DNA of 61,795 nt, the filler included, from Bacteroidales bacterium (GTDB lineage Bacteria; Bacteroidota; Bacteroidia; Bacteroidales; CAIWKO01): NCBI GenBank assembly GCA_035389045.1. It is 2 parts of 2 records of this genome, joined end to end, with 100 filler letters (N's around TTAATTAATTAA, not from the genome) between each part and the next. Parts side by side here need not be neighbours in the genome. Positions count along the whole stretch, not along the records: positions 1 to 31,078 come from DAOORA010000056.1; 1 more part is not named here. The stretch is one strand, 5' to 3'. Under the pieces are notes generated by a model. That model was not told the DNA's origin, searched no databases, and saw nothing but the letters and a program-made list of their open reading frames with translations. The position numbers and the translations under genes are program-made. Numbering within the stretch: the first letter of the stretch is position 1; every line of letters starts with the position of its first letter. Positions 1-9,417 of the stretch are shown here, piece after piece.

Positions 1-140
1 ACTCCCGACTCCCAACTCCCGACTCCCAACTCCTGACTCCCGACTCCCGACTCCCGACTCCCGACTCCTGACTCCTGACTTCTGACTCCTGACTCCCGAC
101 TCCTGACTCCTGGCTCCTGACTCCTGACTCCTGACTCCCT
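1..140. repeat. Heptamer tandem repeat (ACTCCYR)n, 20 units, runs off the window edge
   Basis: Units actcccg/actccca/actcctg in exact 7-bp register from 1 to 140; the last unit overlaps the pyrI stop codon (139-141). Confidence 0.97.
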
Positions 141-609
141 ACTTAAAAACCATATTCTTCTTCTCCGTGGTCTTTTCGCAATAAAAGCATTTCAGCTTTG
201 ATTCTTCTTTATCGATCACATTGAATTTGGTGGGAACATTTTCTATATTGGTAATGCAGTTGGGGTTTACGCACTTCACAAATTTCTGAATGGTTTCGGG
301 TATCTCCACTTTCTTTTTTTCTGTTACCAGGAAATTTTTAATCACGATGAGGGTTGCTGTAGGGGCAACCAAAGCAATTTTGTTTATTTCCTCGGGTTCA
401 AAAAACTTGTTGCTGACCTTGATGATCCCCTTTTTTCCATATTTGCTGCTGCTGAGGTTGGTTCCTATCACGATTTGGTTGTCGAATTTTTCGAGGTTTA
501 ATATGTGGATCACCTGAAACACGCTTTGTGTGGGGATATGATCAATTACGGTACCGTTTTCGATTGCGGATACCACTAATTCTTTTCTGGGTTTGTTGCT
601 TTGTTCCAT
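139..609 (-). CDS. pyrI: Aspartate carbamoyltransferase regulatory subunit
   Basis: VSAIENGTVIDHI N-terminal motif, Zn ligands CVNPNC and CFYC, directly downstream of pyrB. Confidence 0.97.
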   Translation of the reverse strand: MEQSNKPRKELVVSAIENGTVIDHIPTQSVFQVIHILNLEKFDNQIVIGTNLSSSKYGKKGIIKVSNKFFEPEEINKIALVAPTATLIVIKNFLVTEKKKVEIPETIQKFVKCVNPNCITNIENVPTKFNVIDKEESKLKCFYCEKTTEKKNMVFK

Positions 610-613
610 GTTT

Positions 614-1519
614 TTATACTCCTAAGATTAATTTTAACAATGCCTGACGTACGAACAATCCGTTTTGTGCCTGCTGAAAATAATAGGCCTGGGGCAAGCT
701 GTCCACATCTTCATTGATTTCGTTGACCCGTGGCAGTGGATGGAGAATTTTCATGTTGGGTTTGCAATCAGCGAGCAGGTTTTTACTGAGGACATATGAG
801 TCTTTAACTTTTTCGTATTCAATGGGATCGGAAAAACGTTCACGCTGGATCCGTGTCATGTAAATAATATCAGCTTTGGGGATGGCCTCACTCAGGTCGG
901 TGTACTGGTAGTATTCCAGTTTTTTTTCTTTGATGTGACTCTTAACAGAACTTGGCAGTTTAAGTTCCACCGGTGAAACCAGGTGAAACCGGCAGTTGAA
1001 ATGCGTCATGGCGATGACAAGCGAATGTACGGTACGTCCGTACTTGAGATCTCCGACAAAAACGATGTCGAGGTTTTCGAGTTTCCCTTGCGTCTTACGA
1101 ATGGAATACAGGTCGAGCAGGCATTGGGTGGGATGCTGGTTGGCGCCGTCCCCGGCATTGATCACCGGTTTTGAACTTACTTCACTGGCATAGCGGGCAG
1201 AGCCTTCTCTGGGGTGCCTCATCACGATCAGGTCAGAGTAACTGTTTACCGTCAGGATAGTGTCTTTCAGCGATTCACCTTTTTTTACACTTGAACTGGA
1301 GGCGTCCGAAAATCCAATGACTTTTCCGCCCAGGTAGTTCACGGCGCTTTCGAAGCTCAGCCGCGTTCGGGTGGAAGGTTCAAAAAACAGCGTGGCTACC
1401 ACTTTACCATCAAGTATATTTTGAACAGGTTTATTTTCAAAAGTCTCCGCAGTGTCAAGCACCTGAAGGTACTCTTCTTTGCAGAGATCATCAATAGATA
1501 TTAAACTTCTGTCTTTCAT
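614..1519 (-). CDS. pyrB: Aspartate carbamoyltransferase catalytic subunit
   Basis: [29 protein letters not shown] and HPLPR motifs; start placed at [10 protein letters not shown] (1519) rather than 1549. Confidence 0.97.
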   Translation of the reverse strand: MKDRSLISIDDLCKEEYLQVLDTAETFENKPVQNILDGKVVATLFFEPSTRTRLSFESAVNYLGGKVIGFSDASSSSVKKGESLKDTILTVNSYSDLIVMRHPREGSARYASEVSSKPVINAGDGANQHPTQCLLDLYSIRKTQGKLENLDIVFVGDLKYGRTVHSLVIAMTHFNCRFHLVSPVELKLPSSVKSHIKEKKLEYYQYTDLSEAIPKADIIYMTRIQRERFSDPIEYEKVKDSYVLSKNLLADCKPNMKILHPLPRVNEINEDVDSLPQAYYFQQAQNGLFVRQALLKLILGV

Positions 1520-1771
1520 TGGCTGGAATTTATTTGGTTTATTATGCAATATTATTATGATTACTAAAACTTTTTAAACTTATAGCAGGGAATTTATTAT
1601 AATTTTTTAAACAGGATGCAGCATTATTAATTTAATGTTTTTTGCAAAAAGTAATGACACAGCAAAAACCGGTTATTGGAGAGAGGCGTATTTTCCAATA
1701 GCACGGATAATGCAAAAAATGGAAAATTATCATATCAATACAGTTTCAAATTCCCGTATAAAGAATTCAGG

Positions 1772-1800
1772 CAAAAAAAAAGGCGACTTTCGTCGCCTTT
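1772..1800 (-). terminator. Rho-independent terminator
   Basis: Minus strand reads aaaggcgac-GAAA-gtcgcc followed by a long U tract, 5 nt after the stop at 1805. Confidence 0.9.
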
Positions 1801-1804
1801 AGAA

Positions 1805-3160
1805 TTATTGACAGCATGAACAGCCGCTTTTTACAAGGTTGTGTTTTACCAGGAAATCACCGATTACATCATCGAGATTGGGCCGGCCGATCTCCTGCAG
1901 ATCGTAACCAACTTTTACATTGGGTTTGTTGATTTTTACAACCCTGTTCAGGTCAATAGGAGTTGCAATTACTACTGTATCACACGGTGTTGCGGCAATG
2001 GTCTTTTCGAGGTCGGCAACCTGTTGTTCGCCATAGCCCATAGCAGGAAGCAGTGTTCCAATGTTGGGGTAGATCCGGAATGTCTCTGCTAGTTTACCAA
2101 CGGCATAAGGACGGGGATCAACGAGTTCGGCAGCGCCGAATTTCATTGCGGCAACGGTGCCGGCGCCAATTTTCATTTCACCGTGGGTTAGGGTAGGGCC
2201 ATCTTCAATGACCAGTACCTTTTTCCCTTTTATCAGTTCAGGATTGTCTACGGTGAGCGGAGAAGCGCCATCGATAACGATAGCGTTCGGGTTGACCTTG
2301 GCAATACTGTTGCGGACTATCTGAATATTTTCGGGTGAGGCGCTGTCCATTTTGTTGATAACAACGGCATCGGCCATACGAAGCGAAACTTCACCGGGAT
2401 AATAGCTTAATTCATTACCGGGCCTGTGCGGATCCACTACAGTAATCGAAAGGTCGGCTTTGTAAAAAGAAAAATCGTTATTGCCGCCATCCCAGAGGAT
2501 AACATCAGCTTCTTTTTCGGCTTCCCTCAGAATAGCTTCATAATCAACACCGGCATAAATAACATTACCGCGAACCACATGAGGTTCGTATTCTTCCATC
2601 TCTTCAATGGTGCATTTGTGTTTTTTCAGGTCTTCCACAGTAGCAAAACGCTGAACTTTTTGTTCGTTCAGGTCGCCGTAAGGCATCGGGTGACGGATTG
2701 CCACAACTTTCAAACCCATGTCCATCAATATCTCAATGACACGGCGTGAAGTCTGGCTTTTACCGCAACCTGTGCGGACAGCGCAAACCGAGATAAGTGG
2801 TTTGGTGCTAACCACCTGGGTATGTTTGGGACCCATCAGCATGAAATCAGCGCCGGCTGTGTTAACAATGGCACTAACGCCCATCACTCTTGCATAAGGC
2901 ACGTCGCTGTATGCGAACACGCAGATATCCGCTTTGAGATCTTTGATCAGTTGGGGCAGTTCACTTTCTAAGTATATTGGAATGCCATCAGGATAGAGGT
3001 TGCCGGCTAATTCTTTAGGGTATTTTCTCCCGGCTATGTCGGGAATTTGTGCGGCGGTGAAGGCCAATACATTGTAGGCCTCATTTCCTCGGAAAAAGGT
3101 ATTGAAATTGTGAAAATCTCTACCTGCTGCGCCAATAATAATAACATTTTTTCGGTTCAT
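1805..3160 (-). CDS. COG2403-type P-loop NTPase (often annotated cyclic 2,3-diphosphoglycerate synthase-like); probable ArcE-type arginine synthetase
   Basis: IIGAAGRDFHNFN N-terminus, P-loop RTGCGKSQ, RHPMPYGDL, EEMEEYEPH, WDGGNND and EDGPTLTHG; start placed at MNRKNV (3160). Confidence 0.8.
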   Translation of the reverse strand: MNRKNVIIIGAAGRDFHNFNTFFRGNEAYNVLAFTAAQIPDIAGRKYPKELAGNLYPDGIPIYLESELPQLIKDLKADICVFAYSDVPYARVMGVSAIVNTAGADFMLMGPKHTQVVSTKPLISVCAVRTGCGKSQTSRRVIEILMDMGLKVVAIRHPMPYGDLNEQKVQRFATVEDLKKHKCTIEEMEEYEPHVVRGNVIYAGVDYEAILREAEKEADVILWDGGNNDFSFYKADLSITVVDPHRPGNELSYYPGEVSLRMADAVVINKMDSASPENIQIVRNSIAKVNPNAIVIDGASPLTVDNPELIKGKKVLVIEDGPTLTHGEMKIGAGTVAAMKFGAAELVDPRPYAVGKLAETFRIYPNIGTLLPAMGYGEQQVADLEKTIAATPCDTVVIATPIDLNRVVKINKPNVKVGYDLQEIGRPNLDDVIGDFLVKHNLVKSGCSCCQ

Positions 3161-3193
3161 ATATATTTTTTTTGGTTTGTATACAATGTTTTG

Positions 3194-3201
3194 CAAAGAT
3201 A
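3194..3201 (-). promoter_or_regulatory. Bacteroidota -7 promoter box (TATCTTTG)
   Basis: Matches TAnnTTTG about 35 nt upstream of the 3160 start. Confidence 0.65.
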
Positions 3202-3370
3202 TAGCTTTAAAATTCACAGAATTAAAAGAAATGAAAAATTTTTTCCATAAATTGTTCATTAATTCTATAAGTCAGCAGGGGCAAAGGGGGCAACAATATT
3301 AAAAAATGTAAAAATAATTTAATAAAAAATATAAGCATGGTTTTAGAAATATTTTATAGGATAATATGTT

Positions 3371-3378
3371 TATATTTG
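3371..3378 (+). promoter_or_regulatory. Bacteroidota -7 promoter box (TATATTTG)
   Basis: Matches TAnnTTTG about 20 nt upstream of ATG 3398. Confidence 0.6.
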
Positions 3379-3397
3379 CAGGTTAATACGGTCATTT

Positions 3398-4162
3398 ATG
3401 AAAATAAAATATTGGGGTGAAGTTGCCCTTACTTTGTTGGGACTGCTTTTTTGCGGACTATCCTGCTTTTCACAAATTATTGATGATGCTATTATCACTA
3501 AAAATAAGGATACGATCTGGTGCAAAATATTATTCTTCAGAAATAACAATATTTTTTACACTACGCAAACTACTTTTAAAACCCAAACCGATTCTATTAA
3601 TCTGGCTGTGGTGAAGTCGTATATGTTCAACCAGGAACACAAGCCCAAAAAAATCCAGCGGACTGTTCTGGTAGTAACCCCTGAAGAAAGGTTGCGCCGC
3701 AAAATGGATTCTATCAGAGAAAGTAAAACCATGAACAACAGCTTTTTTGTTGAACTTTTGGGTAATGCTCCTGTTTACTCATTCAATTATGAGCGTAAGG
3801 TTTTTAATCGAAAATTCCTAACAGTGGCTGTACGCACAGGGGTTTCATACATGAAATGGTATGGTTTTGGAGACGATATATTTGATTATCATCTTAATAT
3901 GGCTACACTTTTCAAACTTTACAAACGGATTTATTTTGAGTTGGGATCCGGAGCGGCCTATATTACCGAAAGATATTTTGACGAATATTATCACCGAGAA
4001 ACAAAATTTTATATTGATTATGTTTGTATCGCAGGGCTAAGGATACAAAACTATAATGGTTTCCAGTGGCGGCTTTGTTTTACACCCAGGTTTCGCTCTT
4101 ACGATGGCAGGTATTTATTTGGCAGGCCTTGGGGAGGCATCAGCATGGGCTATAGTTTTTAA
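3398..4162 (+). CDS. Hypothetical exported protein with a C-terminal outer-membrane beta-barrel-like region
   Basis: Signal peptide ending CFS/Q; alternating aromatic beta-strands; terminal GISMGYSF. Confidence 0.7.
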   Translation: MKIKYWGEVALTLLGLLFCGLSCFSQIIDDAIITKNKDTIWCKILFFRNNNIFYTTQTTFKTQTDSINLAVVKSYMFNQEHKPKKIQRTVLVVTPEERLRRKMDSIRESKTMNNSFFVELLGNAPVYSFNYERKVFNRKFLTVAVRTGVSYMKWYGFGDDIFDYHLNMATLFKLYKRIYFELGSGAAYITERYFDEYYHRETKFYIDYVCIAGLRIQNYNGFQWRLCFTPRFRSYDGRYLFGRPWGGISMGYSF

Positions 4163-4349
4163 AATTTGTTGCTGAACTCGTATTTTCTAAAAAATTCATC
4201 TTCTTTTGTTTCGCTCTATGCACTGCCAATCTGTGCCTTTGGAAACGCTTTTCAGGCCGGTCAGTTGCTTGATGCCCGGGTAGTTGGCATACCTGCTATA
4301 TTGGGGTATTTGAGCATTGCAGCTCTCGGAGTAATTTACAAATTCCGGT

Positions 4350-6704
4350 TTACTTCAGCTTTTTCATCTGTTTCACGTATTCTTTTTCGAAATAACTGAA
4401 CCATTTATCGCCCAGGGTATATTCCGTTACTTTGACTTTGGGGTCAGCAACATTACCAGCTTTGTGGTCTTTCAGGGCATACGACCTTGCCAGTGAGGTC
4501 TGTTGAATTTTTGTGGTCGATTTGAGGATGTTACGCTGTTTAAGGATTTTCAGCAGGTACAGGGCATTGTCAGTTTCTCCCGCATCGATAAGCCAGGTAA
4601 GTCCGTAAGTAACAAAACCCGATTCAAAAGATGCTATATAGTTATGCAGCGGCTGGTGCGTGATGTTATAATTTGCTATGGCGTTTTCTGCATAATAGGA
4701 GGTAAGTTTATTATATAAATCGATAGCTTTATAGTAATCGTTATTTTTAACCAGATTATTGCACTGATTCAGCGTTTGCTGATATTGCGAAGGCTTTTCG
4801 ACATCTGTTATGCCTCTTTTTGCCGCCTCGCTGCTGATGCTGCAATCAGGATTTTTTTCCACTACCGATAAGGCTTCTTTGTAACTGTTTTCTGCTGCAA
4901 TGAAACTTTTCTCACTTTGAGCTTTTGTGGCAGCATTAATTTTTGAATCATACTCGTTTTGAGCATTCGTACATTCCAGTGAGAATATTGATTTTTTCAG
5001 CGTTTCAATTTTTTGCGACAAAACAGCATTATCATTGAGCCCATAGACTTTTTGCTCATCGATCACCTGCCGGAGAATGTTGCGTGCTTTCACCAGGTTG
5101 TTCATGTCAACGGCTTCTTTGGCATCATCAAGATCAAGAAGAAGTGTTTCAAGTTTGGATTTTTTTAATAGCTCGGGCAGGAGTTTGTCCTTTTTTACAG
5201 GGTAATCATTTTCAAGATTTTTTGCATTGTTGAAATCCTCAAAAGCCTCGCGGTAGTCCCTGGCGATCATCTTTTCTTTGCCTTTGGTCATGGCATAGTA
5301 ATATTCATCGGTGCCGATCTTTTGTTTTACGACCAGCGCTTCCTCATTATCGGGAATAAAATTTGAATATTTCTGCTGATACACAATGGCTTTAAGTATC
5401 TCATTGCCTGCTTCTTTATACTTTTTTAGAACGTAAAGATTGTCAGCAGATTTGATAAAGTTGGCATAAATACCCCGGTGGCAATCTCGCCGTATCAGAT
5501 TGAGAGTATCGTTGCAGGTATAAGCCGGAATATTTTTGCAGAAGTTTTCGGCCTTATCGGTGGCGACAAGGGCTTCAGTGTATTTTCCGCTGGTCAGCAG
5601 ACCGATGGCGCCGTTCATATCGGTCCATTCAATGGCGCGTACAAGGCCTTTTGAAGCCCTTAAGGTGTTATCATCAATATCTTTGAATGTGAAAAGTTCC
5701 TGTATAAGTTGTCTGGAATCTTCTGTTTTATTTGTCTCAAAAGCTATCTGTGCCAGGTAAAATTTCGAAGGTGCATATACAGGGTTATAAATCAGTGACT
5801 TTTCAAAAGTGGTTTTAGCCTCATAGGTCTTTTTGTCGTTATAAAGTTTTAATGCCTTATTGTAATAATGTTCATGCAATACCGATATAGTATAGTTTAT
5901 CTGGTTTTGTAGTTCGGTCTGTTTTTTTCTGATATCAAAAAGTTTGGGTTTAAGATTAACAGGGTCAAACATCTCGATGTGAAGCGCCTGCCAGAAAGCA
6001 GCATTGGAGATGTTTTCCGTCATGATTTTAAAATTATCCAGTACCTTCTGCGTTTTTTCAATTTCTTCAAAGGCATTAGGGTTGATCTCCGAAAGTTGTT
6101 TGTTGATGTTGTTAAGGTCAAGATCAGCAGTGTAATACTGGTCAATGAGTATGGCCTTGTCGCGGAAACGGTTGCGGGTCGCATTATCATAATAGAATTT
6201 TGTTGAGGTTATGATAAAATCATAATTGCTTGTTAGAGCGGTGTCATTACATTGAAGTACAATTTCATTAAAGGGGTTGAAATTGGTGGCGGGCTGAATG
6301 AATTCTTTGATAACCGCTCCCTTCTTATAGCTGAGCATACCTGCAAACTCATATTTCGATGGGATAAGGACATCGGTCATATTAAATCCTTTGTAAAACA
6401 CATCGCCGTTTAAAACGACATTCTGGTAGGATACATATATGCTGACCACGGTTTGCTGGCGTGTGATCTTTACATTTTCATCCACATTGAGGGTGATCTT
6501 TGTCTGATACACAGGTTTAGGAACAAACTGAGCTATGTTACTGATAATTTCATTGATCACCTGCTGGCTTTCTTCGAATGAATTTACGTGGGTAAGCAGA
6601 AATGATTTGGTCTGGTCGGATTGAAACAAAATCTGAATTTGAGCATTTGTTTGAGCACAGATGCTGATGAACATCACTATAACAACAAAAATCCGGATTT
6701 TCAT
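4350..6704 (-). CDS. Large exported TPR/helical-repeat protein
   Basis: Signal peptide MKIRIFVVIVMFISICAQTNA/Q from 6704; TPR-like helices (AKTTFEKSLIYNPVYAPSKFYLA; AENSYKEALSV). Confidence 0.75.
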   Translation of the reverse strand: MKIRIFVVIVMFISICAQTNAQIQILFQSDQTKSFLLTHVNSFEESQQVINEIISNIAQFVPKPVYQTKITLNVDENVKITRQQTVVSIYVSYQNVVLNGDVFYKGFNMTDVLIPSKYEFAGMLSYKKGAVIKEFIQPATNFNPFNEIVLQCNDTALTSNYDFIITSTKFYYDNATRNRFRDKAILIDQYYTADLDLNNINKQLSEINPNAFEEIEKTQKVLDNFKIMTENISNAAFWQALHIEMFDPVNLKPKLFDIRKKQTELQNQINYTISVLHEHYYNKALKLYNDKKTYEAKTTFEKSLIYNPVYAPSKFYLAQIAFETNKTEDSRQLIQELFTFKDIDDNTLRASKGLVRAIEWTDMNGAIGLLTSGKYTEALVATDKAENFCKNIPAYTCNDTLNLIRRDCHRGIYANFIKSADNLYVLKKYKEAGNEILKAIVYQQKYSNFIPDNEEALVVKQKIGTDEYYYAMTKGKEKMIARDYREAFEDFNNAKNLENDYPVKKDKLLPELLKKSKLETLLLDLDDAKEAVDMNNLVKARNILRQVIDEQKVYGLNDNAVLSQKIETLKKSIFSLECTNAQNEYDSKINAATKAQSEKSFIAAENSYKEALSVVEKNPDCSISSEAAKRGITDVEKPSQYQQTLNQCNNLVKNNDYYKAIDLYNKLTSYYAENAIANYNITHQPLHNYIASFESGFVTYGLTWLIDAGETDNALYLLKILKQRNILKSTTKIQQTSLARSYALKDHKAGNVADPKVKVTEYTLGDKWFSYFEKEYVKQMKKLK

Positions 6705-6867
6705 AAAATGAAGTTTTGAATGGTAATAAAAATGGTTATAAAAATACAAAAATAGCAATTTTGGGTATATTTTACAGCTAACACCATAGCAATATTTATA
6801 GAACTGGTTTTCCCGGAGAATATTGAAAGAATTTGTATATTGCAGTCCCAAATCAAAATAATTTGTT

Positions 6868-7335
6868 ATGGCATTCAGCTGGCTGGCCTCGATAAAGGAA
6901 ATTTCCGAAATTGTAGCCTCCTTAGGCAGTCTCGTAACCAAAAACCGGGCTATGAAAGACCTGCTGATCAGAGAACTCCATATAAATATTAAGGCCTTTG
7001 AAACCGTTCAGAAATCAGCAGTGGCTGATTACGACAAACTGCTTGGCCTGCTTCAGAATTCACAGATATTAAAAGCGCTGGAGAGCCGGTTTTCTTTTTA
7101 TACGATAAAAAGTGAGGTGATAAAAGAACATCACGTGTTTGATGACCGTAATAAGCGATATATCGGCAAAAGTTGTGGCTGGATGTTCAAGAATATAGAC
7201 GAAAAAATTGAAGACCTGAGAAACCAGCAAAAGTATCACGGTTCGCTGAATAAAATTGCAGATTCAAACATGGCGCTCCAGTTTTCAAACCTGTTCTTTA
7301 AAATGAAATTGCTGGCAGATTTTATCAGATCATAA
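6868..7335 (+). CDS. Hypothetical protein
   Basis: 155-aa ATG ORF, divergent from the TPR gene, with no competing ORF once the TPR start is corrected. Confidence 0.7.
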   Translation: MAFSWLASIKEISEIVASLGSLVTKNRAMKDLLIRELHINIKAFETVQKSAVADYDKLLGLLQNSQILKALESRFSFYTIKSEVIKEHHVFDDRNKRYIGKSCGWMFKNIDEKIEDLRNQQKYHGSLNKIADSNMALQFSNLFFKMKLLADFIRS

Positions 7336-7989
7336 TGAGAAACGACGACTCAAAGGTTGTAAATAAAGGATATTTCTATCAGCAGAAATTATGTTGTCAT
7401 GTCTTTTACTGATTTTTTGTCCCGGCGATAAGCATAAAAATATGTGAAATCAGACAATAAACCGCCGGATTAGATCATAATGTGAGGGTCAGGAAACAAA
7501 GTCAAATCGACCGATACACCGGGCGGGATGCACAAAGGAAATATAAGATTTACCATGTTCAGGTCACGTACAGACTTTTTTTTACAAACCAGTAAAACGG
7601 CATTATAACAAGATGAGTCCGGCGATTCCATGCTTTCTGCTGCATATCCGTTTCCCGTTCCCGGGAAAGTCCGGTACTATTTTGGTTTTTTTCTTATTTT
7701 TTTTAAATACGTTTAGAAACTGTTTTGATTTTATGTTACTTAAGATTTATGATGGATTTTTTAGCGAAACGAGGCAGATTTTGCAGACATAGTTTATCCT
7801 ATGTCGAAAAATCTAACGAAGTTGCAGCAAAAAAGACGCATAAAGATTATGAAAAGATAAAATCAAAACAATTTCTTAGGACACTATACTTTTTTATCTA
7901 ATTTTATAAGTTTTCTGATCCCCAGGCCGATGAAAACAAACAAGGATATATAAATTTATTATCAGTTACACCAGCTAAAACACCGAAAA

Positions 7990-8268
7990 ATGAAAAATCC
8001 AGACCTCATCAGTAAAAGAATTATGGTTGCTGCAATGTCCATATGTGCTGTATTAATAAGCGTAAGTCTGTTGTTTTGGTCCATCAGCACCGTCGAAAAA
8101 GCCAATGCGGGCACAGGCAACTCATTCAAACCCGCCCAGCCGGTATATTATCTTTATCCGATGGGCATGAGTGATGGCTATGTCTATTATATCTACGACG
8201 GCGGCGGCGCATGGACCTTCGAGAAAATTGAGGCCTCCAAAGCGGTCGCTGCCGACTGGGTGAAATAA
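7990..8268 (+). CDS. Small exported or membrane-anchored hypothetical protein
   Basis: 92 aa; A-rich translation start context; N-terminal hydrophobic helix, then a short Tyr/Gly-rich beta segment. Confidence 0.65.
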   Translation: MKNPDLISKRIMVAAMSICAVLISVSLLFWSISTVEKANAGTGNSFKPAQPVYYLYPMGMSDGYVYYIYDGGGAWTFEKIEASKAVAADWVK

Positions 8269-8335
8269 CCCTGAGCGCTTTACAGAAATTTGCGTTTCCC
8301 GGTATTCAATCCTAATTGGATTGTCACGTATGACG

Positions 8336-9175
8336 TTACCTGTCGTTGACCAGATGTATGCCATCATCACCTATGATGATAAGCCGCTGTTTATATAAAA
8401 ACCCCAGAGCGGTTTTAAAGGATTTTTTGCTTTGCTGAAACGTTGAATAAATGTTTTCAGAAGGACTCTTGTCGTTTAATGGCAAAAAACCATGTTTGTT
8501 CTTCAGCTCGGTCAGAATCTTTGCTGCCAGGGATTCAATATTGTTGCGGCCCGGCTCAGTCAGGCTCAGATCTATTTTTTTATCCTCCCGGATCTTTTTT
8601 ATCCATGCCTCGCATTTCATACCTTTGGGCAGGGGCTGGAAAATTTCGCTTTTGTATAATAAGCCATGATAAGCATTATTGACAATGGCCGTATATCCGA
8701 TATCGGTTTCATGATCGACCATGATATCAACTTCTTGATTATCTGACAGTTCAATAACATCTTTTTTAAGGAACTTGTCTATTTTTGACGAAGCGGCAAT
8801 ACGATTGGTGGCTTTGTCCAGAAATACGGCTACAATATAAGATTTTCCCTCGGTCATGGTTATTTTTTGCTCCCGGAACGGCACCAGCAGGTCTTTGGGC
8901 AGTCCCCAGTCTAAAAAAGCGCCTTCGGGATGTACTGAAGCCACTTTCAGGTAAGCAAAATCGCCAACCTGTGCATAAGGCTTCAGAGTAGTTGCGATTA
9001 AGCGGTCTTCGGAATCGTTGTACAGAAAAACGTCAACGAATGAGTTTATTTTAGCATCTTCGGGGACATAGCGGGCTGGGAGCAATATCTCGCCAAGTTC
9101 CAGGCCATCTAAATAAACACCATGGTCAACTTTTTTAATAATTTCCAGCTTGTTGTAATTTCCGATTAACACCAT
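8336..9175 (-). CDS. cvfB: CvfB-family S1 RNA-binding protein
   Basis: IGNYNKLEI, GAFLDWGLPKDLLVPFREQ, and C-terminal winged helix LNDKSPSE..SKKSFKTALG. Confidence 0.9.
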   Translation of the reverse strand: MVLIGNYNKLEIIKKVDHGVYLDGLELGEILLPARYVPEDAKINSFVDVFLYNDSEDRLIATTLKPYAQVGDFAYLKVASVHPEGAFLDWGLPKDLLVPFREQKITMTEGKSYIVAVFLDKATNRIAASSKIDKFLKKDVIELSDNQEVDIMVDHETDIGYTAIVNNAYHGLLYKSEIFQPLPKGMKCEAWIKKIREDKKIDLSLTEPGRNNIESLAAKILTELKNKHGFLPLNDKSPSENIYSTFQQSKKSFKTALGFLYKQRLIIIGDDGIHLVNDR

Positions 9176-9371
9176 ACAAAATTTTTATAGGATAAAATTA
9201 CTTTTTATTTTCATAAGTTTAATTTTCCGACATAGTTTTTCTACAAGGTTTTTCGATGTAGACAACGTAACCATATGAAACTTTACAAGCTGTTTTTTCA
9301 ATCTTTTAGGGGCTTTTGGGGGTAATTAATTTGTCTTATAATTAATCTTATGTTAAATAGTAACTTTCATA

Positions 9372-9399
9372 ATAAAGGAGGGAACGTTATATCCCTCCT
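9372..9399 (-). terminator. Probable Rho-independent terminator of the gyrA-TPR unit
   Basis: Stem aggaggga/tccctcct (9376-9399) followed on the minus strand by UUAUUAU. Confidence 0.6.
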
Positions 9400-9417
9400 C
9401 TGATTTCTTGCTGTCAA

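Noticed and set aside
4166..4349. 77-aa TTG ORF or possible RNA between convergent genes
   Set aside because: It has a weak start, overlaps the TPR gene end, and shows no motif or convincing structure.
6705..6941. N-terminal extension of the TPR ORF overlapping the 6868 gene
   Set aside because: A clear signal peptide starts at 6704, so the extension covers the divergent promoter region. The longer ORF-track starts for pyrB, the ArcE-like gene, clpC and the M1 peptidase were rejected on similar grounds.
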